A program made the position numbers and the translations under genes. 64,000 nt of DNA from Paraspadella gotoi (lineage: Eukaryota > Animalia > Chaetognatha). Below are positions 1-12,222 of the stretch, piece after piece. Each line of letters opens with the position of its first letter. Position 1 is the first letter of the stretch. Below the pieces are notes generated by a model. The model ran no database searches and was not told the origin of the DNA. It worked only from the letters and a program-made list of their open reading frames with translations. The stretch covers positions 9,664,432 through 9,728,431 of the forward strand of contig CM119263.1 in assembly GCA_051294375.1 (NCBI GenBank), written 5' to 3'.

Positions 1-1003
1 GGAAAGATTTCGCGATCTGAGGCGAAATCGAAGACAACGAAAAAAATACGCGGAACTCACAAGAAAATAAGAAACATTAATGGATGAGACGGACGGGCCG
101 ACTCGAAATGTGGCGATTGATGAAGGCAAGGAAATATTATCATTTCAATCGTTTTTGAACCGGTATATTGATTTGATTAACAGTAGTATTAGATAGACTG
201 ACCTATCATTTATTATTTATTAATTTATATAACTGCCTACATAACCGATTTTGGAGGAGCGCTGGACGTGTCCCGACCAACAGCTTTGATCCAGCGATGG
301 ACCGACTGCAGGAGAAGTCGACTCTGGAACAGCGAGAAAAAGATTCGTCGCTTCAGCTGATCCAAGATTTTATTATAATTTAATATTTTATATTTAATAC
401 CAGATTGAAAGAAATACATCCTCGACGTCACAAGCGTCTTGAGAGAGTTCAACCGGAAACATGACATCGTCTGGCAAGGGCTGGGTGCCATGGAAAGAAA
501 CGACAACATGGACATCCCGTCGGCGGGAGTTCGAGGAAATCGCAGATCGAAATGAAGGAGGCGAGAGATTCGAGTCCAGAACAGTTCGACGCTTACAAAA
601 GTGTTTTGAGTTCATTTCACCGATCGATAACTCATTCAATCATCCAAATAAACCCTATCGCTTAGGCTGTCAATTAAGCAGTCAATAGGAGCGTCATCCA
701 TCATTTACCCGAAAATATTTCTGCGTTTAACTGATTAACTGTTTCTAATCTAAAATCCCAAATGCTCCAATACAGGTCCATTAGAGGCGGACTCTGGAGA
801 TTTTGAACGGAAATCGATCGGGGGACAGCAAGTGGAGATCACGGAGCCGATTTGGAGAACCATACGATCCCGAGGAGTTGAGGGCCTTTTTGAAGAACTT
901 TCTGACGAGCGCGTGGATGACGAAGAGAGCGATCGAGGATGACCTCATTCGAGTCCGAGCGATTTTGAACCTTTACCTCTCGACTAACGCGCGAAAATTT
1001 TAG
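1..1003 (+). pseudogene. 3' part of an unidentified multi-exon gene, reading frame broken by small indels (assembly error or pseudogene)
   Basis: GC-richer blocks at ~1-125, ~232-366, ~404-600 and ~776-1003 alternate with AT-rich intron-like stretches (acceptors ccag at 400-403, tacag at 771-775). Protein-like text only appears by switching frames (KKYILDVTSVLREFNRKHDIVWQGLGAM / IEMKEARDSSPEQFDAYK / RFGEPYDPEELRAFLKNFLTSAW...ARKF*). No family recognised. Confidence 0.3.
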
Positions 1004-1779
1004 CTCATATTAGCTGATTGGATCGTAATTTATTCTGTGAAATTCTTTTGTTATTTTCACTCTTTGAATGATCATTTTGCAGATTATTTATTCTTTTTGT
1101 TGATTAAGACATTGACATTGGACAAATGGATTTTTATTTGGAAATTGTTTTATAGCCATTTAGAAATTGAAATAAGCCATTCACGAGACATTTACCGCAG
1201 CGGGTAAGTATTTGCGAAAAAAAGCTTGTTTTTTTATAATATTCGATGGATAATTTTAACGGATGAAAAGTAATCGTATTTACAAACATTGAAAATATAA
1301 TTCGACTGGGATAAGAATAAGATTAAAGGATTCTTAACAATTTTTTTTGGATGTCTTGTTTTTAAAATCTCTTGGTGCGCAAAAAAATTAATGATAAAAA
1401 GGAGATTAAAAGGAAAAGCCTATACAAGGAATTAAATAAAAATATCGATGAAAGAAGCAATTAAACATTCTTAACATAGAGAAAGGTTTTTTTTTAAATA
1501 TTGTTATTTTAATGTTTGTATCAACTGAAATCACAAAAATGATTCTTTTTCTCATCTTTCCCCCTTCTCCTTTTTTAAATATTTTTTTAATATCGAACGA
1601 CACCCCTTTGCTCTTTCCGTTCTTTCTTCTTTCCCTTTCACTCCACCACCTTCAACCCCGCGAGCTCTTTCCCCACTCCGTCCACCCCACCTTCCTGGAC
1701 CACACCCTCCGTCGGCGTCTTCACTTCGTCGGTCGCCCCCCTGACGATCAGAACTCGCCCTTTCCCATCCCACTCCCTG

Positions 1780-3678
1780 TTTGACTCGCGTGGAGAGGGG
1801 TCCCGGTCGCGACGACTGAGACGCCCTCCGCGGCCGCCGTCGCGCCTCACGGCGCATACCAGGCGCCAGGAACGCCTCCCTGAAAGCTGCGTCGAAGGCG
1901 AACGTAGGAGAGAAGTTGACGCGCAATTGGCCATGAGCAACGCACGCGCCACCGTCGTCAGGTCTTTTGAACGGCGGCGGTGTGGACTAGTGAGTTTGTC
2001 GCACGTGCGGACGACACTCGCTCCAGGACGCCATCTGTACGCGCAATAATCCTTCGCACGCGGTCGAGTTACCACGTGTTGTCGAAGAGGCGACGAGGGT
2101 ACGACCACTGAGGGAGAGAGACAAAACTTCTTGCTCGGCATTGATACCTCCTGCGAAAGTTAGATAGGGCGGGGTAAATAAAATTTAATAAGTTATATGG
2201 GAGACAGAAAAAAGTTAATCATTTTGGACGCTTATATTAAGACAGTTACGAACTAAATTTTCTATTTTGTATCAAAAATAAAATCAGGTCAAATCGAACC
2301 AGGGAGTCGAGTATATTTTGAATCTGACATCTGTAAATCATTATCCAATCGCCAAAAGACAACAACAAACAAACTCTCCTCCCCGCGGCAAACTCGAGTA
2401 TCCTCAGAGGCGACGTAAATCTGCCGAATGAGGTTTATGGGAATCTGAAGCACGATGTAGACGGCGACGACGACGACGCACATTTGGGAGAGACCCGTCT
2501 GGCTTGCTGTCCGCTCGAGATGTTGTTCTGCTAGATTTAATTTAAAAAAATTTAACATTATTCAGTTAATCATTGTTGGTTCAGCATACTAGTCTGATAA
2601 ACCCCATGCTTTACTAGGTGATATATATGTAATTCTGTATTAGTGCCTTTCATAGACAGTTGCGCTTGGCTTGGGCTTCCGATTTCTCTGTACCGAACCA
2701 TGCTAGTTCTAAATAAACTACAATAAAAATGAAATGAACTGACCCTCAAGGACTCCGACTCTTGAGCAGCCACGTAGATGGCCATCCCGTTGAACACCGC
2801 ATCCGTCACCAGTGGAATCGCCGAAATTGAGAGCAGCTGACTTACGACGGACCTGTAGCCCAATCTTTGTAGGCCGAGTTGCAGCGAGTATAGTCCATGC
2901 GAGGACGATCCTTACCGGGAACTTCTTGATTCTGCGAAGGAGGAGGAGAAGGATGGACGGAGGTGCTGGAGTTGTCAACGGCTTTCGTCGAACGAACTGA
3001 CCCGTTAACGAAGCCGCCCCCCAAACTGCCCTTGTCCGCTCCTCCAGTTCGTTTCCACCTCCGTCGTCGGAAACTCTCATTGGCCGACCTCACCGCCACT
3101 CTGCCTTCCCACCGCCCCCCGCCCCGCCCCGCCGCTCATCCTCGTCACTCGACATCGGGTTTGGTACGAAATTCCCAGGCGCGCGGGCGAGATTGAGCGC
3201 CGCCGACGCCACCGCCAAAGCCACCAAGCAGACGACGACGCGTCGCTTCTCCTAAACTTTTGCGGATCCGACGTGAGAGGGCGGCAGAATCGACGTCCAT
3301 CGCTCGAAGGTCATCAACAGCATGATGGCCGCGATTGAAGTGTCGTCGACGCATCTGCAACGCGGTATAACAAGAAGGACATTGCGGACATCAACTGATG
3401 CACCATGGTGCTTGTCGGCGACAAAGATAACTGGAGGTTCCCTTGGAGGAGATGAATGAGGACTCGAGGCTGATCGGGACGGCGAGCGGGCGATTATGTT
3501 GATGCGGGGGTGAGCGGGTGCCTGGGAAGGAGAGCAGGGGGGAGGTCGAAAAAGTTGTCTCAGTTTGTTTAGCCTGTCCGTTATCAGATTGTTATTCTGG
3601 TCTGTCTGTCTCTCTCTCTTTTAATTTCTTGTGGTTGTCTTTTTTCTTTGTTTGTTTGCTTCTTTCTTCTTCTTTTCT

Positions 3679-3713
<35 letters not shown>

Positions 3714-4142
3714 CTTCTTTCTTCTTTCTTTCTTTTTTCTTTCTTTCTATCTTTCTTTTCTTTCTTTCTATCTATTTCTGTTTGGTTGATTAGTCGATTA
3801 GGTGTGCTAAGTAGGTAAGTGCGTACTTATGAGTGCCTTACCCGCCTTGTCTGACGAGCACCACGAATCGTCAAGATTGTTAAGAACAACTCCCCAATCG
3901 ATCGCCGTGCTGAAGTGGGCAAACGGCGTCGTTGTCCTCCGTTCCGTGAAAACGGGACGAGCGGCTCGTGCACGCCGGAGGGGGCGTTGCCCGCGGATGG
4001 TCGTCGAGTCTGCGGGAGCAGGTTTGTCGCACTCTGCGCCGAACTTCGCGCAGCATTCCGAGGAGAAATTGAACGGTCGTCGAGGCGAACTCCGACGGAA
4101 AGGGTGGAGGGTAGAAGGGAGGCGCGGCGGGGGATGAGTCAT
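1780..4142 (-). pseudogene. Class A (rhodopsin-like) GPCR, neuropeptide/FMRFamide-receptor-like, frameshifted
   Basis: All seven TM signatures occur in order on the minus strand once 1-bp indels are allowed: TM1 GVVLN-ILTIVVLVRQ (~3845-3895), TM2 LAV-D (~3470-3486), TM3 TSIAAIMLLMTFERWTSI (~3290-3345), TM4 VVVCLVALAVASAALNL-RAWEF (~3170-3240), TM5 LLSISAIPLVTDAVFNGMAIYV (~2770-2836), TM6 MCVVVVAVYIVLQIPINL (~2430-2483), TM7/H8 ARALLMANCA-VNF-SYV-AFDAAFREAF (~1870-1950). Approximate exons 4142-3842, 3521-2744, 2527-~2340 and 2150-~1780 have GT/AG borders. The 3' end is approximate. Confidence 0.8.
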
Positions 4143-7100
4143 GGTTGGTGGGTGTTGGGAAATAGGGCGTTTAGAACTGAATCCGACGTGTTTCGGCTTT
4201 AGAGTTAGACTTGTTCGGAAGTTGAAGACGTATTAGAGAAAAGAAAGCTTAAAACCGATCTCGGTATTTGAAAGAAAATTTCTTCTAACGCCTTTTCTTC
4301 TGTTCTATTTTCAAAGTCTCAACATTCAAATAGCGAAATTCGAGAACAAAAAGTCATCAGTCATTTTTTCTTGATTTTTAGTTTGATATTTGAAAAAAAA
4401 AAAAAAAAAAACGCGAGAAATGCGGGAGGAAAAAAAAGTGGATGGGGGAAAGAGATTGATAAAAAAACCGACTCTTTATGCGTGAAGACGAATTCCAAAG
4501 CGCGAAAGACGCAATGGCGAAATGGGAAAGATGAAAGAAAAGGGAAAAAGATGTTGGAGAAGAGCGAAAAGTCGAACGCGATTCGACTTGGAGAATATGA
4601 TACGACGAAACAGGAAATTGGAAAACGACGAAAAGGACGCAAAAAATGTAATTAGGATTTAGGCGGTGAAAGTTCCTTTTTTCAAAAATTATTCAACGAA
4701 AATTTATAAGAAGAGAATAAGTCTAGTACCGCCATCATATTATTTTCCGGGAGATTTTTTGTCCTCTTAGACTTTTTGACAATTTTTTGTTGTTATTTCC
4801 AAATCAGGTTCTCAATTTGTTTGATCGTTAAATTGTCCACAAATTTTCTCAGTCGGGTGTTTCTCGAGTGTTTTCGCTTGAGTTAATCTTGTATCTCTCT
4901 CGACATTTTGTCATGTACGAGTTTTCAGAAAAAAAATTGTTTGGCTCCAGTTATTACGTCCTCCGTTTACTTTTTTTTTTCACCGGCAAAACAGTTTGTG
5001 TTTGAAGCGCCAAAGAGTTTGCGTTAGGACTCGAGATTTCCGAAAAAAAATGATGGACGTTGTTTGCCGAGGGTCTGATAACAGCGGAGCTCAAGGGTCG
5101 CCCGCTCGGCACTGTGTGACTTGGGGACCTGCAAAATCCAATTACGCCTGATTGGTTTACCGTATATGGGGGATGTTTGCTGCCGAAAAAAAACAAACCA
5201 AAAACAAAAAACATAACAATAAACAGTAAACGAAAATAAAATTTCCTTGCTTTGTTGTGTTAAAATATTAAAAATTGATTTTAGTCCCGTCGACATAATT
5301 TTCGATATTATCTTCTACCGTTACACAGAATATTAATCATATTTCACGGGCTGTCAACGTTATCCTATCGAATAATTATTTTTCTAAATCGGGGAATGAC
5401 GGTCACAAATGACATCGCGTTGATTCCCCTTTTTTAAACAGAAAAAATGTATGTTGTGGATTGTACAATGGCAAAGCTAAAAAAACTCTGACGAGCAATT
5501 GAGAAAGAAATAGTATATAAAAAATGGAAAAAAATTTTCAAAAGGTTGGGGATTTTAGTCCACCATATAGTCCACCATAAAAGTAAAATAAAATATTTAA
5601 AACAAAAATTAATCGGACAAAAAAATCCCCATTTTCATGATACATATACGTTTGCCGACGCAAACGTTACGGCCGGGGAAAATGCGTCAAAAAGATAACG
5701 AGATGGACGAAAACGGACAACAAAAACAATTCGATTAACACAACAACTACAACAACACAAGGTCTTCGGCCCGCGATTTCCATCCACTCTGACGACGTCA
5801 GCGAAATTTCCTCGATTCAATCCGATTTGAAACAATAAACTGGGACGGGCGATGGAATCGGTCCACCACTCGGGGGCGGAATCATCGAGCGCCGGAAACC
5901 AAACCGCCGAGAGAGGCGCCGTTTCGGAAAACTCCGATGACGTCATTCGGGCGTCGACGGTCGATGGACTCGAAAACCCAGAAGGCTCGATAATTTTATT
6001 CGGGACGCGTTATTAGATTTAAAAAAAAAAACCGGGGAGGGCAGGTACCAGAATCAATTTTGGGGTCTGGAATATTTATTTCTTTTTTTTCAAATCTAAT
6101 ATTCGTATGACAGTATGAGAAACATAACGCACAAACAACGTATAGTAAGATATTGTAATCTCGCTTCTGAAGTGTGAGTGCCGACTTTATTTTCATCTTA
6201 GAATGAATCTTTTCTTTGAGGGTCAAAAATCAGGAACTAATTATATGAACGGGCTTCTAAAAATTATTACTTGCCCTTTTTGTCTAATTAAAACTTACCT
6301 CAGTTCTGGAGAGAAGACTTTACACCAATCGTAATGAATTCCTTGCTTATTCTCTCGTTGACAATAGAAAAGTTTCCGCGCCAACGACGAGAACATTTTC
6401 CACTAATTATTCGTCACCTTTGGAGCCTTTCCGTGATTTTTTTTTTCTTACAAACGCAAAACCGCTTTATCAGTGAAATTAGTTTTATATTAAATTGCTA
6501 GAACTCGGCCATGAGTGGCTCTTGTTCCTTTTGGCCCCTTACTTCTGGCCGCTTTCGTGGTTCGACGTCATTTCGCATGGTCTTACCGTCCGCCGCCCGC
6601 CTGGTGTGCTTCACGACTCGCTGGCTTCGGCACCCTGCTCACTCGCGCCTTTAAACTAAAGTAAGGTTTACTCGAAACTGGTTTTATATTTGCAAATAAT
6701 TTCCTATAGTAAAAAAAACTTAAAAAACATGTCTCTTTTTGATGTTATATAGTTTTGTAGGCGTTTAATACAGGTTTAATTACTAAATATCACTTTTTTT
6801 TTAATTCCGACATTTTCCAACTTTAAAAACCTTCCAGGGAGTGGAGGGTCACATCTGCTTCGACCTCATTGGACGACCGGGAGCGTCTATCGCCTCTTAA
6901 GTCGCGGGTCCTTTGAGTGACGGCGTTACTCATGTCCCGGCGTCCACGTGCATTGCCGGTCACAACACGACCTACTTGGCAAGTTTCACCTTCACCGACT
7001 CCCGCGCCGACATCGTCATTCAATGTCACAAACGACGGCCTTGTCGATTCGGCTCCGGCGCGCCAAGGAGGCTCCCTCGTCGCTGGCCGCGTACGCGTCC

Positions 7101-8861
7101 GTCGCAGATTCCTTTTCCGCGGGACCCGGCTCGCAGATATCTGACCCTCGTTCACGAGAAGCGAAAGATCATGACATAAAGTTTAACGGGACCGAAGTTC
7201 CGCGTCACGCGTTCACACTCGCAAGTATAGCGCGCTAACAAGGGCGGACAAGGAGTCGGTCCACTATTTAGGCGTGTATGCTACGCGCGGACCCGCTTCG
7301 GTTTTACAGCGGTCTCATTGTAAGACTCGCTTATTACGTTTTCAACGTTTATTTGTTACGATTGTAACAATTGGTGACGCGTGAGAATTTCTAATCCGTT
7401 GAATTATCTATTCAGTGAAGATGGGCAAATCGGGCGTGTTTTCACAACGAACGCACGAGATCGATTTTCGCAACAGACGTCGAAGTTATCGACCACAGCA
7501 TTCTCGAATGTTGCATCACAAGTATCAAAGATGTTTGGTTCGTGCCCAAAACCGAAGACTTGTTACAATTTCCTCTTGTCATTACAAGCTTAACTTGAAG
7601 CAAGGTTTTCTTCGTATTAAATTTTATCACTTTGGCTTTATTGCGTCAGATTTTAAAGTTTTTATCACCCCGCCGCGTTTTAGCCGTCTACCAGATGTTT
7701 ACATTTTATTTTGTTTAAATGAATAAAAATTTCGGTTCAACCAGTCCGACCTTTTTTTTTACGAGTCAAGTGTTGCCGTCTAAAAATATCAGGTAGTCTA
7801 TAAGAGATTTAAAAACATCCCTTAGTAGATAAATTAAAATTTTAATACAAAAACTGGACGTACTTCATGATCTAAACTTTATGGGCTCAACCTAATTATT
7901 ATCAGGTAGCTATATAAAAAATGAAATAAAGAAATGAGTTTATTCCATCTCTAGGGCCTATCAATAATGACAATTGAGATCGATCAAGTAATTCATTAAA
8001 TTGATAAACATGAAAGTTAACGGAATGGCGTTTAACATACATAATAGAAAAAGAGCGAGTTCGGAATCATATTTTTTAAAGTACCTCTGCAATACCAAAT
8101 AGTGCCGCGTGTTAGTGTCGATTCGAAACCAATAAAATATGTCTAGATTTCCTTACTTTGCAACGCATTGCAAGGTCAGTCGAAGCCGTTGCTATGTTGA
8201 AACTTGGAAAGAATTAAACTTTTGACTTCGATAAAGGAGACTGCCTGTTAATTACGATTTCCAACTTGCTTCGCTTCATTGTAGTGTGGCAGCAGAGTTC
8301 TTTTCGATTCTTTTTAAAGTTGAGGTCACCGAATGGGAGTTGATTCCACGCTCGACGATCGCGACCAAAAAGGTGTCGCAATACAATCGTTTTTAAAATT
8401 TCCACAGATTTACCCTTTACGAATGAGCATGAAGCATTTTATGACGAATAATAATCGATATTTTGCACTCGTGTCGAATTGCGATTGACTTTCTAATACA
8501 TTAAATTGTAAGGAACGAAAAATTCATTCCGTTAGAACGTACCGTTGACTAAAACTTCAAATTCTATAAAATATAGACTAGAATGTAAACCCATAACTCC
8601 AACCTGAAATGCAAGGATTTTGTTAATGATCGTAAAATTAACTTTAAAGTATCTTACGTCGCAACAAACTCGTTTCATAACAACCACATATTTTTTTTGT
8701 AATTAATATTTTTTTATTTTGCATTTGAAGGAACCTGATTGTAACGAAGGCTAAGTTCTAATTATCACTACATTTTTTTTTAAACGAACGAGCGTCTACG
8801 CTTCAATTCTTAATCGCATAATTATAATACTTTAAATAATTGTAAAGACGAGATATATATA

Positions 8862-9586
8862 CAGTACCCGGAAACCAAGAATGTCGTAGTCTTACATGGG
8901 AAAACTTTTCCATTTATAGGATAAATAGCTTTTAGGATTTTATAGGACGTTTGCCTGGATGTCTGGCTATTTGCCATTTAAGCAATTTTCCAAAAAAATA
9001 ATCTTAAACCACTTAAAAATTGGGTCAAAATTTTTTTTTAAAAACTTGCATTAGCTCTAATGATATTTGAAATTTTTCTTAAAATTTTTGCTAACTTTGT
9101 ACTCAAGAGGGGTTTGTAAACTTCTGTAGAAATATTGTTACTATCAAAATTTTTTTCCATATTTATCAGTGCTAATATTTTAGATGGGCATTTTTTCAAT
9201 GATGCATAACTTCCTTATTTCGTGATATATGGTTTTTAAATTTTAGAATAGGTGGCCTTTGGGTAGTCTTACAATACATATAAATTTTCAATCATTTTGA
9301 AAAACTTTTTTTGACACAGGTCAATTTTTTTTTTACAAAATTCAATTGTCAGTCCTGCTAAAAATATTATTGCAAATAAGTTTTATTCTTTGCCTATAAT
9401 CAGTTAAAAAACATATTTAAAATTAAGCCTAAAGCAAAAAATTTTTCTCAACATGTTTAAAAAACTTATTGCATATGTTTGCATTTTTATAATTTTTACA
9501 ATTTTTCACATTAAAACTAATCCATTTTTTAAAATTTTGGTACACAGATAATATATAATCAAACCTTAAATATAATCTCTCTCTTT
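8862..9586. mobile_element. Possible left end of a Tc1/mariner/pogo-type non-autonomous DNA element, truncated by an assembly gap
   Basis: A (TA)n run is followed by CAGTACCCGG, matching the TA target plus CAGT terminus typical of IS630-Tc1-mariner elements, then AT-rich non-coding sequence. No matching right TIR is visible. Confidence 0.25.
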
Positions 9587-11795
9587 NNNNNNNNNNNNNN
9601 NNNNNNNNNNNAACCGATCCATCGAGAGGGATCAATCGAAAGGAAAAAATCACGAATCATGTTTTTTTATTATCCAAACAACGATTTTCTCGAGGGACAA
9701 GATCTAGCAAAAACTGTATATATAATTTAAATCAACGAATGAACGAATTAACCTTTCAATAGTTTTCTTTTGCTCTTTTATTTCGATCNNNNNNNNNNNN
9801 NNNNNNNNNNNNNNNNNNNNNNNNNNNNNNNNNNNNNNNNNNNNNNNNNNNNNNNNNNNNNNNNNNNNNNNNNNNNNNNNNNNNNNNNNNNNNNNNNNNN
9901 NNNNNNNNNNNNNNNNNNNNNNNNNNNNNNNNNNNNNNNNNNNNNNNNNNNNNNNNNNNNNNNNNNNNNNNNNNNNNNNNNNNNNNNNNNNNNNNNNNNN
10001 NNNNNNNNNNNNNNNNNNNNNNNNNNNNNNNNNNNNNNNNNNNNNNNNNNNNNNNNNNNNNNNNNNNNNNNNTTTCGATTTGATTCATCATCTGACGATT
10101 TTGATTTCGAAGTTCTGAAGGTAATTTCTATGAAATTGATAAACATTTTAAAATATGTCTATTGAGATGATTACATACGAGAATCGGCTTCCCTGGCGGA
10201 CTTAACATCCGGGATGTCGTTTTGCGACGCTGGGACCTTCGGTCTGGCGCCGCTTTCGCCTCCCGGATTTTGCGGAGGCACCTTCGTTACTTTTCCATCA
10301 ACGACCACGATTCCCGGCTTGCGCTTTTGTTCACAACAGTCGCAGTGAAAGTCTGGCGCAGGTGCTGCCTCCGGCGGAGGTTCCATCAAACGAATCTCGC
10401 CCTTTCGCTGCATTTGTTCGAGAGTCGTCACCGCTTTTAGAATTCGAAGATTGAGTTCTTTGACTTCCTTGTCCGAATCCTTCTTCCAAAGTTTCACGTC
10501 CTTTTTGTTAAAGAAAATATATAAATTAAGTTACAAAACAATTTTTAGGTCAATATTTTTAGAAATAATATTTTGCAAAGGCCATAGTATGCCCAAAATC
10601 TTTTAAACTTCCATGCTCTCATGCCCCTAACGTTTATGGTTTCCATGCCTTCCATNNNNNNNNNNNNNNNNNNNNNNNNNNNNNNNNNNNNNNNNNNNNN
10701 NNNNNNNNNNNNNNNNNNNNNNNNNNNNNNNNNNNNNNNNNNNNNNNNNNNNNNNNNNNNNNNNNNNNNNNNNNNNNNNNNNNNNNNNNNNNNNNNNNNN
10801 NNNNNNNNNNNNNNNNNNNNNNNNNNNNNNNNNNNNNNNNNNNNNNNNNNNNNNNNNNNNNNNNNNNNNNNNNNNNNNNNNNNNNNNNNNNNNNNNNNNN
10901 NNNNNNNNNNNNNNNNNNNNNNNNNNNNNNNNNNNNNNNNNNNNNNNNNNNNNNNNNNNNNNNNNNNNNNNNNNNNNNNNNNNACTGATTGATTGAAGGG
11001 AGATGTGGCTGATACTTTCTGACTGCTGAGTGATGAGTGATTAGTAGGATTGTGATGGTTGAAGAGTTTCATTGATTTATTTTATGAATTTATTATTTTT
11101 ATTGAATGTTATGAGCGACTTTTTTAGAACTTGCCATTTAAAAAGGAATTAATTCTTTCTAAGATATCAGTCTTAAAGTGTTTTTAAGTTTAATTGGACA
11201 ATGACTAAACTCCAATCTCCGAGCGCTGCTGCAAGCTGAGAGATCACTCAGCATCCGGTCCAGCTCTTCCCACCCTCCCAATTGAACTTACCTTTTTGCA
11301 GCAGCGCCTGCGACTCTGAGAGATCCCTCAGCGCCCGGTCGAGCTCTTCCTCCGTTTCCGCCAATTTCGTCTGCAGCTTCGCGAAAGGAGTGAAAGACAT
11401 TTTTTCCTCGCTTCACTTTATTATTCGGTTTTTTCGATTAAGTGAAAAGNNNNNNNNNNGAAATATTCACGCAGTCACGTGACAACCGCTCACTGTGAAA
11501 ATTCGGCTTCAATTTCTTCGTTTCTTTTGTTTTGAGGGAAAAATTTAATCGCACCTTTTACTTTTTTTTTTATTTTGAGTTGGAAAGCCAATCCTTATTG
11601 CTTTCAACTTGTGTTTCCTCTAACAAACAAAGAGAATGAATGAGAAAGAGAGAGAGAGAGAGAGAGAGAGAAAGAGCGGAAGAGGAGAGAGAGAAGAGAA
11701 GAGAGAGAGAAGAAAGAGGAGAGAGAGAGAGAGGAGCATAAATGGATGTAACTAAGGAAAACGAGATAAAATGGGTAGAAAAAGGAAAGATAGAG

Positions 11796-11839
<44 letters not shown>

Positions 11840-12222
11840 AAAACACCCCGGACGGCTCACAAGGCCGCAGAAATTTTTTTGTGCCTTAGGGGGCGATTCG
11901 GTTTTAATCTAATGGAGAGAAAGACGACGAAGTCGAAGACGACGTAACGAACATCTTATCCTTCGTCCTCCCACGGGCGCTCCAAGCCAAGGCGAACCGA
12001 TTAAGACTTAATAATCGTTTTTATTGTACTCGTCGTCGTTGTCGTTGTCGTCGTCGTTGTCGTTGTCGTCGTCGGCGGCGGCGGCGGCAAATTCGAACGA
12101 GTCGTCTTCATCTTCTATGGTTGGACGCTCGCTGAAAGTAGCAACGATAAGTGGCGTTGTTGTCGATTTTGATGTCGCACTCATCTTTCGCTTTCCATTT
12201 TAAAACTTTATANNNNNNNNNN
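9587..12222. other. Cluster of assembly gaps (N runs at 9587-9611, 9789-10072, 10656-10983, 11450-11459, 12213-12222)
   Basis: N characters seen directly. Confidence 0.98.
10171..11400 (-). CDS. Small uncharacterised coiled-coil protein; at least 2 exons, middle probably hidden in a gap
   Basis: First exon 11400-11292 reads MSFTPFAKLQTKLAETEEELDRALRDLSESQALLQK and ends at a GTAAG donor (phase 1). Last exon 10500-10171 reads DVKLWKKDSDKEVKELNLRILKAVTTLEQMQRK...HCDCCEQKRK...DSRM* and begins in phase 0. The phase mismatch implies a missing exon, plausibly in gap 10656-10983. Confidence 0.5.

Noticed and set aside
9429-11072. ORF-track entries containing X runs
   Set aside because: They are open only because they cross N gaps.
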